From the NCBI GenBank assembly GCA_016342645.1, contig JAEINX010000002.1, positions 23,804 through 87,803 on the forward strand: a stretch of DNA of 64,000 nucleotides. The letters are read 5' to 3'. Source of the DNA: Bacteroidales bacterium. Its GTDB lineage: Bacteria; Bacteroidota; Bacteroidia; Bacteroidales; JAEINX01. A program made the translations under genes and the position numbers. Under the pieces are notes generated by a model. The model made no database searches. It was not told the DNA's origin and worked only from the letters and a program-made list of their open reading frames with translations. Positions 1 to 8,561 of the stretch are shown here, one piece after another (the first letter of the stretch is position 1; each line of letters starts with the position of its first letter).

Positions 1-521
1 AATCGGTTGAAAGAGAATTATTAAGAGTTTCGCCTCAGGCACAAATTATTGAAATGGATTTCGGTAAACCTTATGAATACTTATCTGATAATCTTCATAT
101 AAGCGTTAAATATACAATTCCCAATTATGCGATTGTAACTGATGAAGAAATTATTTTCATACCTTTTATTGCGGCAAATTTGTTTAATAGAGGTATGTCG
201 CATATGTATTTCGATACAAATTTAAAAGAAAGAAAACATGGGTTCCGCGATAGATGTTCTCGTTTGGTTGAGCTTGATGAAACTATTAAACTTCCGAAAA
301 CCGGAAAATTGATTCCGTTTGAATTTGACGAAGAAATCGGCAATGATATTGCTTCATTTGAAGGCAGCCTCGATTTAAAAGGAAAATCTATTACGTTCCA
401 TGAAAAAATTAAGCTTTCAAAACGAGTTTACGAAGCCGAAGATTGGGAAGCTTTTAGAGAAGCTGTAAGTTCCCAGCAAAAATTTGCCGAAACTCCTATT
501 ATTATTGATATAAAAAATTAG
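1..521 (+). CDS. 3' part of a secreted DUF3858-like protein (5' end off-window)
   Basis: Frame 3 is open from nt 3 (SVERELLRVSPQAQIIEMDF...) to TAG at 519-521, so the listed 54..521 ORF is only the tail of a longer gene. The C-terminal pattern resembles the tail of the next gene (same family, from memory DUF3857/DUF3858). Confidence 0.5.
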   Translation, partial: SVERELLRVSPQAQIIEMDFGKPYEYLSDNLHISVKYTIPNYAIVTDEEIIFIPFIAANLFNRGMSHMYFDTNLKERKHGFRDRCSRLVELDETIKLPKTGKLIPFEFDEEIGNDIASFEGSLDLKGKSITFHEKIKLSKRVYEAEDWEAFREAVSSQQKFAETPIIIDIKN

Positions 522-547
522 AAGCCAACATTAAAAACCCCAAAAAA

Positions 548-2365
548 ATGAAGAAAATTATTTTAGCAATATTTTGCCTTTTTATAATAAATCTTTCTTT
601 TTCACAAAAAGAAAATGCTGATGCCGAATATTTAAAAATTCTAAAAGAATATACTTTAAACGCTGACGGAAGTATTGATTTTCATTATTCAAAACAACTT
701 AAACTTCTGACACATTATTCTTTCCATCGATTGTATGGCGAAACTTTTATAATTTATAATACCGATTTCCAAAAATTAAAAATCAATTCGGCATTCACAA
801 TTATGGCTGACGGGAAAAAAGTCGTAACACCCAAAAATGCATTTAACGAAGTTCTACCACGGTTTTCGGCAAATGCACCGGCTTTTAATAATATTAGAGA
901 AATGGTTGTAACTCACACAGGACTTGAAAGAAATACGGTAATAAATTTAGACTATACAATTAATTCAAAAAAGGGCTTTTTCCCGGCCTTAATGGCTGAT
1001 GAAGTTTTACCAGAATCATCGCCGGTGAAGGAATTAATCATACAAGTTAACATTCCTGCTTCAAAAACTTTAAATTTTGAATTATTGAATTTTGCCGGTG
1101 AGCCGCTTATCAGCAATAAAAATGGGAAAAAAGTTTATACATGGAAATTCGAATCAATACCTGCAAATTCAAAAGATTATTATCAGGAAGCAGATTACGG
1201 ATCGTCTCCCCGTTTGATTTTTAGCACATCAAAGGATTTGAAATTTGTTTATGATCAATTTATTAATCAGGATGCTTTTGTTTTTAATACAAATGAAAGC
1301 ATGGATAAAGCAATTGATAAAATTACAAGCAATGAAACCGATCAATTAACAATTGCATTAGAATTACAAAATCTTGTCTCAAATGATCTGAAAACTTTAA
1401 ATATTCCATTGAATTCCACAGGATTTAAATGTCGTACGGCAATTGAAACATGGAAAAGCAATCAGGGAACACATCTTGAAAATGCTTTGCTTTTAACTGC
1501 TTTATTGCAAAAAGCAAATATCAAAGCCGAGCCGGTTGCAGTCATTCCAAACAGTTTTTATAATAAAGAAATTGGGAATCTTTTAAGCTTTAAAGATTTC
1601 TGGGTGAGAATAAATTTGAAAAAATATGGTGAGATTTTTATTTCAGCCGTGCAAACCGATACACAAAATTTAAAATTTAGCCTTGAAGGAAAAACGGCTT
1701 TGTTGCTTGACAAAAATGTTGAAAGTCTGAAGGTTTTTTCAGGCAAAGCGATGACAAGTAAAATATTTGTCGGCGGTGATTTTGAATTCCAAAATGTTGA
1801 TAAATTAGTAGGAAATTTATTTTTAGAGCTTAAAGCCGAAGCAAATCCGTATTTTAATATTTATAACGACAGCTCAAATATAAAATCAATGATCAGAGGG
1901 ATTTCAAGTAAAAATTTTACTTCAACTGAAATTGAAAAACTATCGCAGGAAATGAGCAGAACTCATTTTGAATTTGAAAAAGATGACCCTTTCGAAAAAC
2001 AACAAAACTATCTGACCTTTCAACTTCCTTATGTAAATAATGGTGTTGATAGCTGGCATATAACACTTTTACCTGCCGAAAGGTCAGCACCTTTAGAAAT
2101 TCATGAGAAAATCCATGAAAGATATGAATATGCTATTGTTTTCCCGAAAGAACTAAAACCGGTTTCAACACCCAAAAACATTGAAATTAAAAACGATGCC
2201 GGATATTTATTAATTAAGTTTGAAAAATCGGCAAACGAAATTCTAATCACAAGAGAAATTAAATTCGATAAAAAAATCTTCGGCCTTGATGTCTATGACG
2301 ATTTCAGGGAAATTATGAATGTCTGGAATAATAAGAATTACAGGAAGGTTATTTTTAAAGAATAA
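548..2365 (+). CDS. Secreted DUF3857 / degenerate transglutaminase-like / DUF3858-type protein
   Basis: 605-aa ORF with an N-terminal signal peptide (MKKIILAIFCLFIINLSFSQ). The central segment TGFKCRTAIETW...ALLLTALLQKANIKAEPVAV resembles a transglutaminase-like core. The C-terminus is similar to the preceding partial gene. Confidence 0.55.
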   Translation: MKKIILAIFCLFIINLSFSQKENADAEYLKILKEYTLNADGSIDFHYSKQLKLLTHYSFHRLYGETFIIYNTDFQKLKINSAFTIMADGKKVVTPKNAFNEVLPRFSANAPAFNNIREMVVTHTGLERNTVINLDYTINSKKGFFPALMADEVLPESSPVKELIIQVNIPASKTLNFELLNFAGEPLISNKNGKKVYTWKFESIPANSKDYYQEADYGSSPRLIFSTSKDLKFVYDQFINQDAFVFNTNESMDKAIDKITSNETDQLTIALELQNLVSNDLKTLNIPLNSTGFKCRTAIETWKSNQGTHLENALLLTALLQKANIKAEPVAVIPNSFYNKEIGNLLSFKDFWVRINLKKYGEIFISAVQTDTQNLKFSLEGKTALLLDKNVESLKVFSGKAMTSKIFVGGDFEFQNVDKLVGNLFLELKAEANPYFNIYNDSSNIKSMIRGISSKNFTSTEIEKLSQEMSRTHFEFEKDDPFEKQQNYLTFQLPYVNNGVDSWHITLLPAERSAPLEIHEKIHERYEYAIVFPKELKPVSTPKNIEIKNDAGYLLIKFEKSANEILITREIKFDKKIFGLDVYDDFREIMNVWNNKNYRKVIFKE

Positions 2366-2455
2366 AGTAATAATTTCAAATAGCATATTTCAATGATTAT
2401 TTCTGCGGAAATCGGCGAAATCTGTGAGAGATTTTTATCGAAAATCAATTCTTTT

Positions 2456-3094
2456 TTATGACAAATACGGATTATTCACCCTTTCATATCCAATATTAGT
2501 TTCAGGGCCATGACCGGTATAAACCGTAAAATCATCGCCAAGGGTGAATAATTTGTTTTTAATATTATTAATTAAAAGATTATGATTTCCGGTTGGAAAA
2601 TCTGTTCTTCCTATACTATCATGAAAAAGTACATCCCCGACAATAACAAATTTTTGATCTTTGCTGACAAGGCAAATACTTCCATCGGCATGGCCGGGAG
2701 TATAAAGAATTTCAAGTGTAGAATTTCCAAATTTGATAATATCACCTTCTACACAAAATTTGTCGGTTTCATATAATTCATCTGCTTTAAATCCGTAGTT
2801 TAAGGCTTGTTTATGTGCGGAAGAATAAAATATTTCACCCGCTTTGTGGATAGTTGGGAGTATTTTAAAATTCTCAAAAATAGCATTATTTCCGAGCACA
2901 TGATCGATATGACAATGAGTATTGATCTGCATTACAGGATTCAAGCCATTAGTTTTAATGAAATCAATTAATTCCGATTTTTCAAAGTCTTCATAACAAG
3001 CGGCATCAATAATTATACATTCTTTGGTTTCGTCCCATAAAACATAAGTATTTACCTGAAACGGATTAAAAACAAACTTCTTAATATTTATCAT
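2456..3094 (-). CDS. MBL-fold metallo-hydrolase (glyoxalase II-like)
   Basis: Contains the HxHxDH motif (THCHIDHV), plus later TPGHADGS and DSIGRTDFP. The start is moved to the ATG at 3094 because a TATCTTTG -7 box lies at 3122-3129, inside the longer ORF. Confidence 0.85.
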   Translation of the reverse strand: MINIKKFVFNPFQVNTYVLWDETKECIIIDAACYEDFEKSELIDFIKTNGLNPVMQINTHCHIDHVLGNNAIFENFKILPTIHKAGEIFYSSAHKQALNYGFKADELYETDKFCVEGDIIKFGNSTLEILYTPGHADGSICLVSKDQKFVIVGDVLFHDSIGRTDFPTGNHNLLINNIKNKLFTLGDDFTVYTGHGPETNIGYERVNNPYLS

Positions 3095-3121
3095 TATGTT
3101 TATAATTAAAATTACTTTTGG

Positions 3122-3129
3122 CAAAGATA
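3122..3129 (-). promoter_or_regulatory. Bacteroidota -7 promoter box TATCTTTG (TAnnTTTG)
   Basis: The plus strand reads caaagata, reverse complement tatctttg. It sits 28 nt upstream of the ATG at 3094. Confidence 0.45.
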
Positions 3130-3217
3130 TTAATTATCGATACCATTTTATGTATTACTCCTCATCATACACAAAATAATCTTAATTTAGCATTCAAAAT
3201 AAAACCATTTGTAGTAA

Positions 3218-6200
3218 ATGATAAATAACTTGCAAAAACATAGAAAAAACTTTGTGAAGGCAATCTTATTTATGTTATTATTATTCACTTTTACTGATAT
3301 TTATCCACAATTTTATAATGGGTCGCAAATGGATTTTGGTAAAAACAGGGTTCAATACAAAGAGTTCTTTTGGACATATTACCGCTTCGAGAAATTTGAT
3401 ACCTATTTTTATTTAAACGGAAAAGAATTAGCCGTTTTTACAGCAAAATACGCCGATCTTCAAATTGATAAAATTGAAAAAAAACTTGAAGCAAGCCTTG
3501 ACGAAAAAATTCAATTTTTGGTTTTCAACAACTTAACTGATTTAAAACAAAGCAATATCGGATTAATAAATAAAGAGCAATATAATATCGGTGGTATTAC
3601 TCACATACTTGGCCGGAAGGTTTTTATATATTTTGATGGGAATTATACACATTTTGAAACACAAATTCGTGCCGGCATTGCCCATAAAATAATTAACCAA
3701 ATGTTATATGGGCCAAGCTTGGGATCACAAATTAAAAACTCGACTTTAACTGTAATCCCCGATTGGTATTTTCATGGTTTAATAGCTTATATTTCTGAAG
3801 GATGGAATACTGATATTGATAATATAGTGAAAGATGGTATTTTAAGTGGAAAATATGAAAAATTTAATCGCTTAATAGGTAAAGATGCAATAAATGCAGG
3901 GCATTCTTTTTGGGAATTTATCGCCAATAAATATGGGAAATCAACAATTACAGAAATTATCAGGGTTATGGAAAACACTAAAAATGTTGAAAGTAGCTTT
4001 TTGTACCCTCTTGGCGTTGATTTTAAAACCTTATGCGATGAATGGATTTCTTATTACAAACAAAAATATAATCAGCCTGATGTTGATAGAAATCTTCCTG
4101 AGAATCTGTTATTAAAAAAAATAAAAAAGGATAAAGTGTATAGTCAGTTAACAGTTAGCCCCAATGGAGAATATGCAGCTTTTGTTTCTAATGAGATAGG
4201 AAAATATAAAGTTTGGATTTATAATTTTGAAAACAAGAAGTCAAAAAAAATAATGAAATCAGGATTCATGCTTGACGAAAAAACCGATTATTCCTATCCG
4301 TTATTGACTTGGCATCCAACAAGCAAGTTGTTAGCATTAATTATTGAAAAAAAAGGAGAAATTCATCTTAAATATTACACCCTTGAAACAAAGAAATTTA
4401 CGGAAGTAATTTTATATAATTTTGAAAAAATCCTAAGCTTCTCATACTCTGATGACGGTAAATATTTTGTGTTTTCAGCAACACGCAAAGGCCAATCCGA
4501 TATTTATATTTATGATATTGCGGCAGCATCTTATGTGCAATTAACAAATGATATTTATGACGATCTTTTTCCAAAGTTTATCTATAATTCTAAAAGAATT
4601 ATTTTTAGCTCAAATCGGAAAAATGACACACTAAGATACGAACCCGAAAAAATTCCAGTAAGTTTTCCTCAAACCAACGATCTGTTTTTATACAATTATT
4701 CCTCAAAAAGCAATATATTATTGCGAATAACAAATACACCTTTTATTAACGAAATTCAACCAACTCAATATCAGGAAAATTATTTTAGTTATTTAAGCGA
4801 TCAAAATGGCATTTATAATCGTTTTATAGGAAGATTCGACAGTACAATAAGTTATATAGACACAGCAACTCATTACAGGTATTTTTCACAAAGCTTTCCG
4901 GCAAGTAATTTTTCCAGAAATATTATTGAACAAAATATTAATCCGAAATCAAGAAAAATATCACAAATCATTTTTGATGATAATTTATATAAACTATATG
5001 TTGAAGATTTGATTTTAAGTGAAAACATTACGTCACTTGTTTTAAAAAACACTTCTTTTATGGAAGGTTTTTTAGATGAAAAAAAAATTGAGTCTAATGA
5101 TACGATTGTTGAGGATCAGATAAATATTTCTGAAAAGAGGAAGAAAATCGGTAAAAAAAGGTTTGTAAATGTCCATGCAAATTATTCGATAGAAAAGCCT
5201 GTTAATGATACGATTATTGAGGATGGAGAAAATGAAACCAAGCAAAATAAGCAGTTTATTCAAATTGGAAATCTGACGGCCAGAGATATAGCTCGATTAT
5301 ATGAAAAAGTTGATACGACCGACAAATTTATTATTCCCAAAAAACGAAACTATAATGTTGAATATTTTGTTAGTGAATTGATTACACAAATTGATTTTAC
5401 GTTTTTAAACACATCATATCAACCTTTTACAGGAGGCGGTTCACCAATTTTTTTAAACCCTTCTTTTAACATTTTCCTGAAATTTGGAGTGATGGATTTG
5501 CTTGAAGATTACAGACTGGTAGCTGGAGTAAAATTGGATGTTAACCTCAAAAATAATGAGTATCTTTTTTCTTATAGCAATCTAAAAAAACGGCTTGACA
5601 AGGAAATTATTTTTCATAAACAAACCTTGGAGGATGTTCAGGGTTATTCAATTATTCGTCATCGATTACATGAGTTTTACTATATTTTGAAATGGCCTTT
5701 CAACGAGGCTATGAGCCTAAGAGGTACAGCTTCTTTTAGAAATGATATTGCAGTTTATTTAGCAACCGATGAATTATCACTTAGGCAACCGAATATTGTT
5801 AAGAATTGGTTGGGAATAAAAGGTGAATTTGTTTACGACGACACAAGAGAATTGGGATTAAATCTGTATCAAGGAACAAGATATAAATTCTTTTTAGAGT
5901 ATAATCAAAACATAGAAAGCAAAGGAAAAAATTTAATGGTTGTTGGTTTTGATTTTAGGAATTATCAAAAAATTCACCGAACATTTATTTGGGCAAATCG
6001 TTTTGCAATAAGTTCATCGTTTGGAACAAATAAACTAATCTATTATATGGGAGGAGTTGACACTTGGTTAATTCCCGAATTTGATAATTATACGCCAATT
6101 GACTTTTCTCAAAACTATGCTTTTCAAACACTTGCAACAAATTTACGTGGTTTTAAACAAAATATTAGAAATGGAAATAGTTTTTTTGTAATAAATAGTG

Positions 6201-6535
6201 AATTACGCTTTCCCGTTTTCAAATATTTTTTCAATCGGCCCATTAATTCCGATTTTTTAAATAATTTTCAAATCGTCGGGTTTGCCGACATTGGAACTGC
6301 ATGGACAGGCTTTTCACCTTATTCTTCCGACAATTTTCTTTATACTAAAACCATAAATGATCGCCCTTTACGAATCGAAGTTAAAGTGCAAAGCGAACCA
6401 ATTGTAGGTGGTTTAGGTTGCGGTCTTAGAAGCAGACTTCTTGGGTATTTTATTAGGGCAGACTTAGCTTGGGGAATTGAGGATTATGAATTAATGCCTT
6501 CTATTTTTTACATTTCCCTAAGTCTCGATTTTTAA
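3218..6535 (+). CDS. Outer-membrane protein: TolB/PD40-like beta-propeller region fused to a C-terminal Omp85 (surface antigen D15)-type beta-barrel
   Basis: 1105 aa. Has a signal/anchor (AILFMLLLFTFTDIYPQ) and PD40-like strands (GEYAAFVSNEIGKYKVWIY; DGKYFVFSATRKGQSDIYIYD; RIIFSSNR). The C-terminus carries LRGF..G..F...SELRFPV...F.DIGTAW...G.G.G.R and a terminal ...SLSLDF. Confidence 0.55.
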   Translation: MINNLQKHRKNFVKAILFMLLLFTFTDIYPQFYNGSQMDFGKNRVQYKEFFWTYYRFEKFDTYFYLNGKELAVFTAKYADLQIDKIEKKLEASLDEKIQFLVFNNLTDLKQSNIGLINKEQYNIGGITHILGRKVFIYFDGNYTHFETQIRAGIAHKIINQMLYGPSLGSQIKNSTLTVIPDWYFHGLIAYISEGWNTDIDNIVKDGILSGKYEKFNRLIGKDAINAGHSFWEFIANKYGKSTITEIIRVMENTKNVESSFLYPLGVDFKTLCDEWISYYKQKYNQPDVDRNLPENLLLKKIKKDKVYSQLTVSPNGEYAAFVSNEIGKYKVWIYNFENKKSKKIMKSGFMLDEKTDYSYPLLTWHPTSKLLALIIEKKGEIHLKYYTLETKKFTEVILYNFEKILSFSYSDDGKYFVFSATRKGQSDIYIYDIAAASYVQLTNDIYDDLFPKFIYNSKRIIFSSNRKNDTLRYEPEKIPVSFPQTNDLFLYNYSSKSNILLRITNTPFINEIQPTQYQENYFSYLSDQNGIYNRFIGRFDSTISYIDTATHYRYFSQSFPASNFSRNIIEQNINPKSRKISQIIFDDNLYKLYVEDLILSENITSLVLKNTSFMEGFLDEKKIESNDTIVEDQINISEKRKKIGKKRFVNVHANYSIEKPVNDTIIEDGENETKQNKQFIQIGNLTARDIARLYEKVDTTDKFIIPKKRNYNVEYFVSELITQIDFTFLNTSYQPFTGGGSPIFLNPSFNIFLKFGVMDLLEDYRLVAGVKLDVNLKNNEYLFSYSNLKKRLDKEIIFHKQTLEDVQGYSIIRHRLHEFYYILKWPFNEAMSLRGTASFRNDIAVYLATDELSLRQPNIVKNWLGIKGEFVYDDTRELGLNLYQGTRYKFFLEYNQNIESKGKNLMVVGFDFRNYQKIHRTFIWANRFAISSSFGTNKLIYYMGGVDTWLIPEFDNYTPIDFSQNYAFQTLATNLRGFKQNIRNGNSFFVINSELRFPVFKYFFNRPINSDFLNNFQIVGFADIGTAWTGFSPYSSDNFLYTKTINDRPLRIEVKVQSEPIVGGLGCGLRSRLLGYFIRADLAWGIEDYELMPSIFYISLSLDF

Positions 6536-6585
6536 AAAATTACTATCTTAAAATTTGAAATTTTTAAAAACATTATTATTGAATT

Positions 6586-6638
6586 GGGGAATAATGGAAA
6601 TAGGGGAAATAATGGAAATATGGGGAATATGGAGAATA
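6586..6638. repeat. Three imperfect 17-18 nt tandem repeats (GGGGAAtAATGGAAATA)
   Basis: Direct reading: ggggaataatggaaata / ggggaaataatggaaata / tggggaatatggagaata. They are followed by two copies of AATGACAACCTAATGA at about 6654-6692, just upstream of the ATG at 6700. Confidence 0.8.
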
Positions 6639-6699
6639 GAGAAAACACCGACTGAATGACAACCTAATGAAAATCAAATGACAACCTAATGACCATATC

Positions 6700-7125
6700 A
6701 TGAATACAATAGACGATCGCACTATTTCATTTATAAAAGAACACCACATTTTAACATTGGCAACATCAAGCAATAATAAACCATATTGTGCAAGTTGTTT
6801 TTATGTTTACATTGAAGAAAAGAACATATTTGTAATAACTTCTGATTTCACAACAAAGCACATTAAAGATGTTGAAAAACAAAATATTGTCGCAGGTGCT
6901 ATAGCTTTAGAAACAACAATGATCGGAAAAATTCAGGGAATTCAATTTACCGGAGTGATGAAATTATTAATGGGAAATGATCTCAAGATTGCCAATAAAG
7001 CATATATTAATAAGTTTCCACTTGCATTATTAAAAGACACAACTCTTTGGGGGATTTTTCCCGATTTTATTAAAATGACACATAATAGATTGGGGTTTGG
7101 AAAAAAATTGATATGGAAAAAGTAG
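6700..7125 (+). CDS. Pyridoxamine 5'-phosphate oxidase-like (YhbP/UPF0306-type) FMN-binding protein
   Basis: 141 aa. The N-terminus ISFIKEHHILTLATSSNNKPYCASCFYVY is typical of the PNPOx-like split-barrel YhbP family (from memory). Confidence 0.6.
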   Translation: MNTIDDRTISFIKEHHILTLATSSNNKPYCASCFYVYIEEKNIFVITSDFTTKHIKDVEKQNIVAGAIALETTMIGKIQGIQFTGVMKLLMGNDLKIANKAYINKFPLALLKDTTLWGIFPDFIKMTHNRLGFGKKLIWKK

Positions 7126-7164
7126 CAGGCACAAAATAAATTAAAGAATAAAGTAAGTTAAGAA

Positions 7165-8561
7165 ATAAGTGTTTAATTAAATTTTTCTTGAGTTTGACAC
7201 CTAAATCGCCTATTATGCTATCCATCAACAACATGCAAAATGACGTTTCGCACTACACCTTTTGCAGAGTGAGTGGTCAGCAGGTTAATATGTGGCTACT
7301 ATGGCCCGGCATGTATCATTCTATTAATCTTTTAGTTACAGTTTATAGTTTCCTTTGGTATCAGGTCAGGGAGACTCCTGATTCGAAGTGCTTTCATTAT
7401 TTTATGAGCATTTCCGTTGTTTTCGATCTCAAGTAGTATTCTTTTTTATCATGTAGTATCAAACTGGCTGCCCTTTTCTTATTATATGTAGTGATGAGTT
7501 TCTTGTTTTTGTAACCGGTGATGTAGTACTTTATTTCGATTTCCTACCCACTATCCCCATCCGGTTATGTTGTGTTTTGATATTTTTTTTAATCCAGTAT
7601 TTCATCTTGTTTTGAATGGGAAATACTTTTGAGACGTTCACCTATAATATATTCATAGTTTTCACCCTCTGTTTCTATTATATTATCAACGTTCATCTTA
7701 CCGATGTCAGCAACGCAGATAAACTTACCTATCTGATATTTCTTTTTCAATCTTTTAAGGGAATCGGAGAAAATATGGCCTTTATATTGGCTGTCCTTAT
7801 ACACTTCATAACCTGCAGGCTGTTTGTTTTGGTCAATCAACATTTCGAAGACTATGATAGTATTGCCTATTATACCGTACTTACCAAAACCTTTTTCACG
7901 AAAACCGTCCTCTTTGTCTATTTCAAAACAGAAAGTAGTAACATCATAAAATACCACATCAAGTTTTTGATTAAATAAATCCCGCCCTTTTTGGTAAATC
8001 ATATGTTTTAAGGATTCCAGGCTTTCATAAATGGTCGAGTGTACGGTAAATTTGATGTAACCCTGTTTTGGAAAGCCCAAGGTAATAACCCTGATTTTTG
8101 TAATTAGAGAGCTTGCTTGCCTGATCAAGAGGCATTTCGCAAACAAGCAGGCATACAATATCAATTAAACTATATGCAAGCCCATTGTTTTTTGTCCGTC
8201 TTTGCAAAAATTTATCAAGCGAATATTCTTTCAGTAATTTACGGACAACCAAAGGAAAACCATAATGGTAACGGCCCATTTCTTTAAGCTGTTTGGATTC
8301 TAATTCTTACAAAGAGCCACCATTCAATTCATACAAGACCTGGCCCATCTTTTTAAGCGATTCCGGTGAGTAATACTATGATTACAATTGTAGAGGGTAC
8401 AGTGCCGGCTCTTGCCATAAGTATCCCGATAACCCTCTATCATACGAAGGTAGGTCACCGATTTTTTTATTTATTTCCTAATAAATTCCATCTTGCTGAA
8501 ATTCCATTATTTACAACTTCTGTGCACTTCTTTTACAAATATATTCACATTAATAAATTGC
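7165..8561 (-). mobile_element. Degenerate IS1634/IS4-superfamily insertion sequence (DDE transposase pseudogene with multiple frameshifts and stops)
   Basis: Minus-strand fragments appear in three frames. MEFIRK* then KKSVTYLRMIEGYRDTYGKSRH.. begins at 8491. Next come MGRYHYGFPLVV... (8279-8025) and ...DVVFYDVTTFCFE...FICVADIGKMNVDNI...GERLKS (8164-7589, DDE-like). Further downstream are TTYNKKRAASLI and HKIMKALRIRSLPDLIP..* (7588 to about 7200). The boundaries are approximate. Confidence 0.7.
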
